From Enoplolaimus lenunculus (taxonomy: Eukaryota): a DNA stretch of 64,000 nt. The stretch spans positions 62,001-126,000 of the forward strand of contig JASANG010003984.1 of the NCBI GenBank assembly GCA_030248215.1. Direction: 5' to 3'. The translations under genes were made by a program, and so were the position numbers. Each line of letters starts with the position of its first letter. Position 1 is the first letter of the stretch. The notes under the pieces were generated by a model. That model was given only the letters and a program-made list of their open reading frames with translations. It did not search any database and was not told where the DNA came from. Of the stretch, positions 14,901 to 27,763 are shown piece after piece.

Positions 14901-15953
14901 ACGCGTTTAGTATCAAAATTGCGTTTGGCTTCAGTCGCTTGCGTGCTGTTTTCCGCAATTGTATACAGCGGGGCGCAGGTGCGCCCATCCCCACCCAATC
15001 ACAGCTTTCTGCCGATCCGCAGCCTGGAATTATACGTACCGAAACAAGCAACATTCCCGATACGCAACGGGGGCATCGAAAATTTTCCAACCAGACAATT
15101 ATTCATTGTTCGAATACCAGTTGCAAAAAAAATTATTCATCAGCGGAGTTAAATTGTTCACCGAATGGCGGCACCCGTTTCATCTGCGACAATTGCCGGC
15201 TTGAATTTCCGGATCCACAACTGTAGTAAAGTACTACGTATATGTATATACTATTTGTATATATTTATAATAGTAAAGTACTATATGTGTATACTATTTG
15301 TATATATTTATAATAGTAAAGTACTATATGTGTATACTATTTGTATATATTTATAAATATACAGCAACGTCGAAACAAATACATTACATGTATATAGATT
15401 ATCGGCCAATCATTAATAGCTGGTGTGTGTTGCACGTCCGATACAGGCGCGTAACCAGCTCACCTTGCTAGGGGAGAGGGGGGGGGGGCAAAACATTATT
15501 CAGGAGGCGCATTCAAGGCTTTTCAATGAGTTACAAGCAAAGTTGAAAACATTCGAGGGGGGCTCAACCCCCCCCCGGCCCCTCCGTGGCTAAGGGCCCA
15601 GTCCGATATTGAACACACACTGTATACAAATATATATACATACGCCGTGTGTTTGAAAATCATTCCGTAGAACATTGTAACAGCCACCAAACAAACTATT
15701 ATGTGTATGTATGTTTATATATGTAACTGAAAAAAATACATTCGCTCATGCGCAGAAATAAGCGATCAAAAACGAGAACACTCAGAATGAAAAACAACAG
15801 AATGCTAAAATACTCAACGATATTGGCAATAATACTGTCTCAAACAACGAACCAATGTAGTTTTTTTTGGTTCAAATTGGTCAAAACGTTCAAACCTTCG
15901 GACCGCATTCTCAAATTTGTGTAGCACACGTATCATCACCAGATGGCGATAAG

Positions 15954-16318
15954 CAGGTGCTCATCGGAATTCCGATTCCGGCTAAAATTCCTGCAAAATT
16001 TGACTTCCGATTCCGGCTGACTGCTATTCCGTTGCCAGAATTCTGCTTTTTCGGTACGAGTTTTTAAGATGATTGAACTTAGATTTTGCTTGTTTCATTT
16101 TGTTGCTTTTTTTCTTAGTTGATATTCCAAGTTGTTACGTGTATTCCGTCAGCTATATAAACAATTTTTACTGAAACTGTGAACAGTAACAGAAACAGCC
16201 ATACTGCAACAAGTTAAAAGTCATACACCTTTAACGTTTTAATAGAATTACAAAAACTTGATTCCGATCCCGATTCCGCTTCCGCTTCCGACAAAATTTA
16301 GTTCCGGTTGGAACCCTG
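15954..16318. mobile_element. hAT-like MITE, same family as 11490-11917
   Basis: Shared internal sequence; imperfect TSD gcgataag/gtgataag. Confidence 0.7.
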
Positions 16319-17047
16319 GGGTGATAAGTCTTGGAAATTTTGAATGTCTGAACGGTCAGCTTAGAAATTCATCACAGTTTTCCCACGTTTCATGTATCCT
16401 ATTGCTGTGTAAAATTTGACATTTGGAACCGCAACAGTTTATGAGTTTGAAAACCTACTACCAGCTGATGATTGCTGCTATACACAATTGAGAATACGGA
16501 CCCTTGACACTTGACTCTTGACTCGGACTGCAGCTTATACAAGCCAACAGCGCATTAAATAATGCTTACAATGTGAGTTTGGAATATTCGTCCATAGGAT
16601 AATAATAAAATACAATCTGTATATATGTAGTATATAATATGTAGTAAAGTATTGTATAATGCACAACTAAAATGTTCACGAACTCTTGGTAGGCACGTAG
16701 CAGCAGTGCCGGAGCAGACAGGGTTAGGGGCACCCAAACTCGCCAGCAAAGCCCAGCGAGCAACCAAGCGCATTTTAAAACTTCGGCGGTTTTTATTTCA
16801 GCCGGTTAAAGTGGGACCCGTTTAGGGGTGCGCCTCCCAAATGGGGTATTGGGAGATGGCTGCTCCGAACCTGGATCCTAGGCCAGTCCCTTCTTAAAAC
16901 GAGGACAAAAAGCAAAAATATTATGACTTAGTACAAAAATTGCGTTTGGCTTCAAGCAAGTTTATCTGTTACATTTTTTCATTGTTACATATCATGTGCC
17001 AGGTGTCGCGCGAAATTTTTAAATCCGCCACTGACAATTGCATATAC

Positions 17048-17451
17048 AGTAGTGACCCGAATAAGTGGGCGGACTGCGATTTATTTGGCCTCTCCAAATG
17101 ATACCCTACCCCTTGTAATTCGTTACGGACTCTGTTACTTATTTTTAACCCACGATCCGCCACTCTTCGCTACTAGCTTGAGCAATCATGCAAGGTTACA
17201 CTTAGGAATGTACTTTCAAAATTTAAGTACGCTTTAAAGTTTCGAACTCAAATTATTTGGTCCTGGAGTTATTTATGCGCTACAATTACGGATAATTGAC
17301 ATTTTGGGATCTAATTAGGGTTTAGGGACTCTATCCGCTTACGGAATCTTATTAGGGATACTGAATCTTATTACGGATACGGACTCCTATTGATTGGGAC
17401 TCAAAATGGGGACCCCCTCATATTACCGCAATCTCTTATTCGAGTTACAAC
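17048..17451. mobile_element. MITE with gtagtgacccgaata TIR
   Basis: Inverted termini; related copy in opposite orientation at ~20065-20447. Confidence 0.6.
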
Positions 17452-17455
17452 AGTA

Positions 17456-17737
17456 TGTCAAAGACCAAATTGCAATCCAGGCCAATTACTAATTGGCCTA
17501 GGCCAATCTGCTATTCTGAGAAAACATCAGATTGGCCGAGTCCAAATCACGATTGTAAGATGTAGCAAAACTAAATAGTGATTGGTTAACGGTATAATGT
17601 CTGTCCAAATCATCAAATCTGATTGGTCTACAAGTTCGTATAGCAGTTTAGCCCACTGCCAAACTGCTATTACATAAACTAGCGAATTGGCCTGTGCCAA
17701 TTAGTAATTGGCCTGAAAAGCAGATTGGCCTCCGACA
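17456..17737. mobile_element. MITE with tgtcgtaggccaatctgct-type TIR
   Basis: Inverted termini flanked by TA-rich sequence; reverse copy at 46846-47130. Confidence 0.65.
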
Positions 17738-17939
17738 TATATACCACCACACTATACGGGCGTAAAGACACGCAAAAAATCGCAATAAAAAACATAAAAA
17801 CCACAAAAATAAAACACATATACACACACATTAAAAAACGTTAAAAATTTAAAAATTTACGCAAAAAAATCCGAACAAAAAACTCCCGCTACGCATTGTT
17901 TAAATGACATTTTGCAACAAGCAATATTTCGTATATTGG

Positions 17940-18700
17940 AACGAACACAATATATACACTTATACACACATTACAAATACACGAGACACACAGCATAAAA
18001 AATAAACACGCAGTAGATAATACCCAATCCAAACACACATGTTATAAAAATACACAAAAAATAACAATATACACATACACATGTCCACTGTACTACACAC
18101 GAGACACCCACAGCATAAAAAATAAACAAAGTAGATAATACCCAATAGATATACACACAAATGTTCTAAAAATACACACACAAAATAACAATATACAGAC
18201 GAGACACACAAACCATAAAAAATAAATACAAAGTGCACAACGTAGGTAATATTCCCAACAGATACAGATACACAAACATGTTATAAAAATGCATCGAAAA
18301 TAACAATATACACATACACATGTCAACTATGCTATACACGAGATACACAGCATAAAAATAAACACAAAGTAGATACACCCAATAGATGATACACACATGT
18401 TAAAAACACACCCAAAAAACACACGTTATAGAAAATACACACGTCAACTGTGCTATACATGGAGACACCCACAGCATAAAAAATATACACAAAGTAGATA
18501 ATAGCCAAAGATGATACACACATGTTATAAAAAACACATCCAAAATCAGTTAAAAATATTATACAACGATGGACTCCAATTTGTGTACATATTGCATGCA
18601 CACCAACACTAAGACAGTATCGGCGAGACACCCACACTCAAATAGACACCCATGGTATACACTTAGAAACCATAGTGTACAAAAATAAACACAAATAAAC
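17940..18700. repeat. Degenerate AC-rich tandem repeat (~115-130-bp units)
   Basis: Recurring cacagcataaaaaataaacac...agtagataataccc motif. Confidence 0.7.
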
Positions 18701-20537
18701 ATATTTTTAAATATTCACCACCCAAGGCTGATCAAAACGGCGTGTTAAACTGGATTTAGTACTCTTGTAGTAAAGTGTACTGATCTAAACAATGGCAATA
18801 CGAAGGTAGCAGAATGCAACCGGAATTTCGATTTCAATTCCGATTCCAAAACACGAATTTCGGATCCGATTGTACAATCAATCGGAAACGGAATTTCGAA
18901 ATTTCAATTTAAATTCTATTTGTTGTGATATGTTACACATCAAAATTCGGTATCATTCATCTATTGAATTGCTTTCGATGACTTAAGTTATCAATTAATT
19001 GATTGTAGTTTAGCTTTACAGAACTAAAAATCATCGCCAATTTGTTCATGTGACAGTTTTGAAAATTGTTGCCAGCCAACAGACACCACAAATCAATATT
19101 ATATTTGTCAGTACAAATTATTCGTACAGTAACAAATTTTCTAGTTCCGGTTCCGGTATAAATTTACTGTTCTGATTCTGATTCCGGTATAATCCAGTTC
19201 CACTTCGCACCAGGGAATATAACACATGATAAACCACGGAACAAAATCATATAACAGAGCACCGATAATTCCCCTGTGCCTCGGGCCCATTACGAAACGC
19301 AATTCTTTTTGCATTGAATACCACTAATCAATGTTTAATAAACCGAAATTTTCAATTACCTTCTGACGTCATACCCTAATAATAAAGGCGGAAGTCCAAG
19401 ATTTCATTTCGGACTTGTAGCGAGCAGCATCGTGTGAATGTGTATTGCCAGCGAGCATCCGCCGCCCCCCCCCCCGGAGCCAGCTCGTGATCCTATTTGA
19501 GGTTAAATATTTTTTAGCACGGACATATAACGATTTTCGATTGCTTGCAAAGCGAGATGTTGGAAGGTTTGTAAGCGGTCAAAATTCTCAGTCTTTTCCG
19601 TTATCTCCTCCACAGTCGGAGTTTGTCCAAAAATAATCGGATTTCAAACTAATTTTTTGCAGGTTTTTAGATATTCATGATGTTTTGCGGATCATTTCAC
19701 TCCCAAGTTTAAATTTTTGAAAAATTTAATTTTCAAGGTGCCAAGCCCGCCCCTCCCTGGCACTGAAAGTTTTTTGTCAAAAAGTTAGACATATTACGTA
19801 CCATTCGACGAAGCTTGCATAGCTTAGTCAAATGTGTTAAACTTTTGGTATAATCAACATGTGATGCTAACCAGAGCGACGGTGGGGCACGGCCGTGGCT
19901 ACGTGATCCAAGGCCGCTTGCCGGACCGGAAAAACGACTCAGCCTAAAAAAGAAAAAGTTTCGACGTTTGGCATAGAACCATCATGTTTGCATGACATCA
20001 TCAAAAGTTGTCCAAAAAGTTTCGAAAGTATACCACAGTACTTAATCTTGTTTTCCTAGTACTGTAGTGACCCGTCCGTATCCCTAATAAGAGTGTGTAA
20101 GCGGATAGAGCCCATAAACCCTAATTAGAGTTTCATAAATGTCAATTATTCCAAATTGTAGTGAATGACTCCAGGACCAAATAAAGTGGAATTCTAAACT
20201 TTAAAGCATACTTAAGTTTGGAAAGTACATTCTTGTATAATCTTGCATTATCGCTCAAGCTTTTGATACAAGACAAATAAACGTTTAATTCAACGGATAG
20301 TTGCAATACCGGATACAATATCAGTAACAAAGAGTGGCGGAGTGTGGGTTACAAATAAATAGCACTCCGTAACCGAATAACAAAGGGGAGGCTACCCTCT
20401 GGAGAGTCCAAATAAATATCAGTCCCCCCTCGTATTCGGGTCACTACAATACAGACACTGATGAACTCCTGCCAAGGTTATCTCGAGTAGAGTTGAACAA
20501 CACAGTCGTGCGATTGACGACGTTTAAACATCAAAAC

Positions 20538-22093
20538 CAGGGAGCAACCGGAGATGAAAAATGACACAAGCCGGCGGTCAACAAAACTTTCCGAAGCCGG
20601 AGGTCAACAAAACTTGCCGAAGCCGGAGATCAACAAAACCTGCCGAAGCCGGAGGTCAACAAAACTTGCCGAAGCCGGAGATCAACAAAACTTGCCGAAG
20701 CCGGATGTGAACAAAACTTGCCGAAGCCGGAGATCAACAAAACCTGCCGAAGCCGGAGGTCAACAAAACTTGCCGAAGCCGGAGATCAACAAAACTTGCC
20801 GAAGCCGGATGTGAACAAAACTTGCCGAAGCCGGAGATCAACAAAACTTGCCGAAGCCGGAGATCAACAAAACTTGCCGAAGCCGGATGTGAACAAAACT
20901 TGCCGAAGCCGGAGATCAACAAAACTTGCCCAAGCCGGAGGTCAACAAAACTTGCCGAAGCCGGAGATCAACAAAACTTGCCGAAGCCGGAGGTGAACAA
21001 AACTTGCCGAAGCCGGAGATCAACAAAACTTACCGAAGCAAGCCGGAGGTGAACAAAACTTGCCGAAGCCGGAGATCAACAAAACTTGCCGAAGCCGGAG
21101 ATCAACAAAACTTGCCCAAGCCGGAGGTCAACAAAACTTGCCGAAGCCGGAGATCAACAAAACTTGCCGAAGCCGGAGGTCAACAAAACTTGCCGAAGCC
21201 GGAGGTGAACAAAACTTGCCGAAGCCGGAGATCAACAAAACTTGCCCATGCCGGAGGTCAACAAAACTTGCCGAAGCCGGAGATCAACAAAACTTGCCGA
21301 AGCCGGAGGTGAACAAAACTTGCCGAAGCCGGAGATCAACAAAACTTGCCGAAGCCGGAGGTGAACAAAACTTGCCGAAGCCGGAGATCAACAAAACTTG
21401 CCGAAGCCGGAGATCAACAAAACTTGCCCAAGCCGGAGGTCAACAAAACTTGCCGAAGCCGGAGGTCAACAAAACTTGCCGAAGCCGGAGATCAACAAAA
21501 CCTGCCGAAGCCGGAGGTCAACAAAACTTGCCGAAGCCGGAGATCAACAAAACTTTCCGAAGCCGGAGGTCAACAAAACTTGCCGAAGCCGGAGATCAAC
21601 AAAACCTGCCGAAGCCGGAGATCAACAAAACCTGCTGAAGCCGGAGGTCAACAAAACTTGCCGAAGCCGGAGGTCAACAAAACTTGCCGAAGCCGGAGGT
21701 CAACAAAACTTGCCGAAGCCGGAGATCAACAAAACCTGCCGAAGCCGGAGGTCAACAAAACTTGCCGAAGCCGGAGGTCAACAAAACTTGCCGAAGCCGG
21801 AGGTGAACCCACCGATGGTGAGGCCAAATAAGATAGTTAAATCGATGTTTAATTTGTTAGTTTTAGCAAATTTGTGTCCGTTTGGTGTTACGTTTATTTG
21901 TTTTACTAAATCTCGGTAATTGTTATGTCTCAAAATTACGCCATAAAGTGAAACCAAAACGTGTCACAAAACCAATCCAATAAAACTACGCAAAATTTCA
22001 CTACCGAAATTGCCGGAAACCTCCGTCAGAATTTCTACCGAAGCAGAGGTCGCGTTTTTGCAGGCAGGCCGAAGAGACCTACGATTGTATCCT
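20538..22093 (+). mobile_element. hAT-like MITE carrying an expanded internal 26-bp satellite
   Basis: cagggagcaaccgg...ttgtatcctg ends; non-array body matches the reverse complement of 50808-51171. Confidence 0.7.
20575..21808. repeat. 26-bp satellite (caaaacttgccgaagccggagatcaa)n, ~47 units
   Basis: Direct tandem repeat; source of the repetitive spurious ORFs in the track. Confidence 0.95.
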
Positions 22094-22637
22094 GATCAAA
22101 ACTATAGTTATCGTACGTGAGTTACTTGCGTACGATACCACACGGTGACGGACGGCGCCGGACGTCAACAAAAGTATAGCGCAAGCATAATACGAAAATC
22201 AAACAGAAAGCATATATTCTTACTTCTTAGGCGAAGCGAAAATTTTTCCCACATCGGCATTGTATCAAGTTGAAAACAGCAAACAAGATCGTAATTTTTA
22301 TTTCCGTCAAAAATGGGGCCTTTGGGCATTTTGCCGCCCCCGCGACCGGAGGTTCGGTGTGAGGGGGCGCGCGCTTCCCACGTCACCACTGACGGTACAG
22401 CTTTTCTTCAATCGTAGGAGGCATACGATGGATTTTCTGAACTGACCTCCTGAGCCGTTTTAATGGTATCGGTAGTAAATGTCAATGCTATGCTACAACA
22501 TTCGCTAATATCACGACAATTCGTAGTCCGACAACTCGTCGACCGACTGTTTTCAGTCTGAAGTTTCACAGACTCAACGAGTCGTCTCGCCCATCATTAT
22601 GGTTAGGCTCCAGGCTTAGGATTATGCTCACACACAC

Positions 22638-22807
22638 AGTGGCGGATCCAGGATCTCAAAATAGGGGGGACAAAATTTCACAGGTTATAAACTGACTTTT
22701 GACCCATACACAAACCACGAACTATTGTCTCAAAATTGCTATATAATTTTTGTCGAGATGCTGTTGGGGGGCACGGCCGGGGTGGCCCCCCCATGGATCC
22801 GCCATTG
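22638..22807. mobile_element. Short MITE with cagtggcggatcca TIR
   Basis: cagtggcggatcca...tggatccgccattg; related fragments near 13080-13272 and 24793-24890. Confidence 0.6.
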
Positions 22808-23149
22808 CACACACATTGCATTCAAAGGCTATCGGTCAGGCGACGATTTGTCGTAGATTTATATATTTACGGCCCCGATAACCGATATACAAACGATACA
22901 TTGCAATAGTGTCAATTACATAAAACTTATACAAAAACATCTCACTATAAACACACCATATAGCAGACGGCAATCGTAAACATAACAACGTAGCGTAGAA
23001 AACTACTTATAAAGCCAAACAATGTATATATAAAACATTGTGTATATTGAGCAAACGGGTAATCCAATCCATATGTCGTCGGTTCGATCCCCACCGCATC
23101 CGCAGCAAAATTTTCGTCAAGGGCTCGATATGGTACTGCTTAAACTTAG

Positions 23150-23320
23150 TCAGGCCCGTAGCCAGCTCACCTTGCTAGAGGTGGGGGCTAAAATTTTTTT
23201 CAGGAGGGGCATTCAAGGGTTTCTAATGACTACTTACAAGCAAGGTTGAAAATTTTCCAGGGGGACCCATTTAGAGAGGCTAAGCCTCCCCCCATGGCCT
23301 TCGTTTGGCTACGGGTCCGA
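23150..23320. mobile_element. Short MITE with caggcccgtagcca TIR, inserted in a SINE
   Basis: caggcccgtagcca...tggctacgggtccg; related copies at ~4779-4950, ~13572-13740, ~15443-15600, ~50691-50790 and ~62540-62642. Confidence 0.65.
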
Positions 23321-24395
23321 AACTTGCAAGTATTTACTGTGCACTTGAAAACGCACATACATTACCGGTTGTACGAAGCCGGGCCGGAACCAATAGTATA
23401 ATCGCACCGGAAAACTAAAAAAGTGGCCGGATGTAGAAATTTCTAAACGGGGGCAGCGCGAGGTATAACAGCGAAAACGAACTCACGAAACAACCGAGCG
23501 AGTAGCCGAACGTCATTTTAATCCTAAATCTTAATACAAAATCTTCATTTTGACCCCTTGCTGGAAGGCTTAGGCCGGACAAGCCGGTACCATCCTTTGG
23601 ATCCGCCAGAGACCTTAGATGAGCACGGGTGCATATACAAGAGCATAGGGTTCCGGCTAAAAATCTACATCCAGCGCATGGATATGCATACTAGGAGGGC
23701 TAGCAGCATATATTCACTCGAAATTTCGGGTCAAAAAACGCAATTTTACAGGCTGTAGATTAACCTAAAGAGGCCAAAAATCATCCCGTTCACTACGCAC
23801 GACGGCGAAACCAAATTATCTCGCCCCGAAACGAATTCCTGGAAAATTTCATTAGTAGCCAACTTATTTTGCATCATCTTCATCGTTGACTCAGGCATCG
23901 GTAAGTTTGGTCGACTTCCGGCTCCGGTAAGTTTGGTCGACTTCCGGTTCCGGTTGTTCTGACGACCCGTTGCATCAAGCACGTGGGAACAGGGCCGAGC
24001 GTTCTCCGGTAGGGCTGTAATTTTTTGCTTGTTTTAGGTAAAGCTAATCCTCAGGATTGCGTTCCTACTTGACGTCCGGCGCCGTCCGTCACACACCCGT
24101 ATGGCAGCGTCAGTCTCCCGTACATCACCGTCCGAACCATACACTATCGTACGTGAGTTATTTGCGTACGATACCGCACGGTGACGGACGGCGCTGGACG
24201 GATGACGGACGGCACCGGACGTCAACAAAAATATAGCGCAACCCTTACGCTTAGGCTTCTGCAAAGGAATATGCTTACACTACTGTTACGGCCCTGTTCT
24301 ATAAACATTCTGGCCCACGGAAAGATCAGGGGCGGAACATTTTCATGTGGGACTGCTATAGAGCAAGCTTAAGCTTTAGACTAATTTTTTGCTGG

Positions 24396-24527
24396 GCTTA
24401 GGCTTAGATTTAGGCTTAGGAATATGCTCATTCTTACGCTTAGGCTTAGGAATATGCTCATTCTTACGCTTAGGCTTAGGCTTAGGCTTAGGAATATGCT
24501 CATTCTTACGCTTAGGTTTAGGCTTAG
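24396..24527. repeat. TTAGGC-containing repeat with ~30-bp periodicity
   Basis: gcttaggcttagg runs; related motifs near 5170, 25660, 55575, 56748 and 63120. Confidence 0.7.
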
Positions 24528-25067
24528 TAACGTGGTTATAATACTGTTCCGCCCATGTTCTTTACATTGGCCAACATTCCAAACATACACGTTGGACTAC
24601 TATATAAGTATACATAACGATGTATCCGTCTAAATATCCAAGGTCGACTGACTGGCTAGACACCGCGTACAGACAGACATAAATTTAAAAATCGCATAAT
24701 ATAAACTGCATTTTTATTGACACAACAGCGTAAAAATAAACAAAAAAAGTTTAAAATTACCCAACGTGACTCATACACTGTGTGTAGCAGAGATAGCGAT
24801 GCATCAACAGGACCAGTGGTGGTTCCAGGATGTCAAAATGGGGGAGGGCCAAAATTTCACAGGTAATAAACTTATTTTTGACCCATACCGTAGTGATTCA
24901 AATAAGAGGGGTCCCCATTTTGAGTCCCAATTAATAACGGATAGAGTCCTTAAACCCTTGTTTAGACTCCATAAATGTCTATGGCCGAAACAGTAGTATC
25001 AGCACATTCCAAAGCATTAAGCCTAAGACAAGGCGTATGATGAGCCGGTCCATGTTATTATAAAGCC

Positions 25068-25535
25068 CGTCCCAATTTCCCGGGACAGCCTGTCCCATCT
25101 GTCCCAATTTTCCCATTGTCCCATCTGTCCAAAATGTCCCAACTGTCACATTTGTCCTGGCTGTCCCATCTGTCCTAAATGTCCCATCTGTTCAAACTGT
25201 CCCATCTATCCAAACTGTCCCATGTGTCTAACTGTCCCATTTGTCCCGACTGTCCCATCAGTCCCGTTTGTCGAATCTGTCCCATATGTCCATCTATCCC
25301 AACTGTTCCATCTGTCACAACCGTTCCATCTGTCCCAACTGTCAACTCTGTCCAAACTGTCCCAACTGTCCCATTTGCGCCGACTGTCCCATCTATCCCG
25401 TTTGTCCCATCTGTCCCAACTGTCCCATTTGTCCTGGCTGTCCCATCTGTCCCAACTGTCCTATCTGTCCCGTTTGTTCTATCTGTCCCAACTGTAACAG
25501 CTGTCCCACTGTCTCATCTGTCCCGCTGCCCCAAT
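25068..25535. repeat. 9/18-bp minisatellite (actgtccca/tctgtccca)n
   Basis: Direct reading; gives CPICPNC/SHLSQL pseudo-ORFs in all three frames. Confidence 0.9.
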
Positions 25536-27763
25536 ATATTTTTGTATGTACTCCTGGTACATTGCTGTCCCGGGAAAATAGAACGGGTACTCCTGGTACA
25601 TTTCTGTCTCGGGGAAATGGGACGGCCTTTAGGGTAACATTCGCCGATGAGCCTATTCCTATGCCTAAGCCTAAGCAAAAAATAGTCTAAAGCTTAAACT
25701 GACTCTTTTATATAGCCCCTCCGGAAAACGATCCGGCCATTATACATGGGCCAAAATTGTTATGTTTCACTTGTTGGGAGGGTGCAACCGTAGGTTAAAC
25801 TGGAGGCTAACAACATTGCCAGAATTGAATATGAAAGGAAATTTAAGCAATAAAAATGATGTTCAGTTTGCTAAAATAAAGCAATAAAAATCAGATGTTA
25901 GTTTTCCGCTTCCTGAAATAACTGACTGATATCGTTGACGGTCTGTAAATAAATAGAACAAATGGAAATAAAATGCGAGGTTACACTGATAAAAATAATT
26001 GTTCACAGTAAAAGTTTCTAAAGCGGATCAACATCTCGGCCTGCGTTACTTTAAGGGGCGTCGAGGTTTCTGGCGGGTCCATAACACAATTAGTTTCATC
26101 TTTTTGCTTAAGCTTAGGAACATATTTTCGCAACGCCTTAGGCTTAGCAATTCGCTTTCAACTGTTACGCCCCTCAAAGTAATCATGGCCTGGGGTAGCG
26201 TCACTGAGGAGCAGAGTACAACCGAAGGTTAAAAACTCCAAAAGCAATGCCGGAAGTGAGGCGAAATTGGGTGGTTAAAATGGCGTTTAATTTGCTAATT
26301 GTAGATAATATCTGTAGGTTGTTTGCCGAGATTTTCAATTTTTTCCTCGAAATTGTACAAAACATAAAATGAAATACACCAAAGCAATAAATTTTGTAGA
26401 TCTATTCAAAATTTCACTACTCCAACTGCCGGAACCTTCGTAGAAATTTTACTAGAGCCGAACGTCGATTTTCTGCCGGAGCCGGACATCCAGTTGCACC
26501 CGATGCATTGGGATGCTACATAAGCAGGTCGTTGCAAAAAATCCTAAAATCACTCAAACAACAAAACCCATTAAAGTTTTAATTATTTTATCTAATAAAC
26601 AATCATAGTAGTCGATTTTGTACGCGTAACGGAAAGAGACAAATTACGCGAGATTTATACAATTAATAGGCAGGGTACAATTGGAGATCTGCCTCCGGAT
26701 CCGGCAGAAAATAGACATCCGGCTTCTGTAACATTTCTACCGGAGGTTTCGACAATTTCGCTAATGAAAGTTTGCACAGTTTTACTAATTGTTTTGTTTG
26801 GTGCGTTTCGTTCTAACTTTTGGCACAATGTTTACGAAACAAACTGCTAAGATTTCGTACCAATGGAACATCCACGTTATACTGCACGCGCTACTGCAAA
26901 AAAAATGTCGGGGTCTTAGTAAGACCCGAAGTCGCTTTAACACACTATTACGAGACCACTGTAATGTCCGGTAGCCCTAACGAGGACGTAAAGACATATT
27001 GCACTGTGTTCACATAGCATAGCAACCATACATAACAACACAAACACACATATACACTTATTGATTATGCTTAATTTTTTACCTTTTGTCCCGACTCCCA
27101 TCGGACAGTGTCGGGACAATTAATAGTGTCTACGTACCGCATAAAATTGAACCTACACGCTAGTTGCACCTTCAATTTGTACACAGATTCCTACCGGGTG
27201 GTTGGACAAATTTTTAACTTAGCGAGCGCATTATAACGTGGATGACCCACAAATAAGCGCAAAACCGAAAGATTTTACGAGACCCTACAGATAGGTTTTA
27301 AGTACTTAATTTCGCTTAATTTCCGGCTCCGTCAAATTTTGTTGACCTCCGCCGGTATTTCTGACCTCTGGTTGCACCCTGCAAATAAAGTGCAACCGTA
27401 GGTAAAAGCCAAGGATACAAGCTCACTGGAAGACACAAATTTTATGCAACATTCACAAAAGTACAAAAACTATACCTCTGGTTACACTCTACTACTAATG
27501 ACAAATCAAATAAAGGCGTGTTTCGAATTTAATTTTCTTCGCTTTCAAATATAATTAGCTTCACTTTAAAGCAGCACCACTAGGTTTGCGACCAACACAA
27601 CCGCAACCTATTTTCTTTTCACAAGCAATAATCGGACTTGAAATTCCTTCTTCACCTTGAACCACTGTCAAAAATTATTCACCATCAAACTCAGCGGCTC
27701 CATTTTTTCTTGGGACCATAGCAAACCATGTTTACGCAATCCAACAAGTTCCGTTCGATTTTG

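Noticed and set aside
17960..18637. Hydrophobic Cys/Val/Tyr-rich minus-strand ORFs
   Set aside because: Products of a TG-rich degenerate tandem repeat.
20554..21919. Overlapping 60-190-aa ORFs (PKPEINKTCRSRRSTKLAEAG...)
   Set aside because: Translations of the 26-bp satellite in several frames.
25179..25690. Cys-rich metallothionein-like ORF (CPICPNC)n
   Set aside because: A 9-bp minisatellite open in all three frames; no splice or homology support.
25890..25945. Possible isolated minus-strand exon after a ttatttacag acceptor
   Set aside because: Too short, with no recognisable protein or partner exons.
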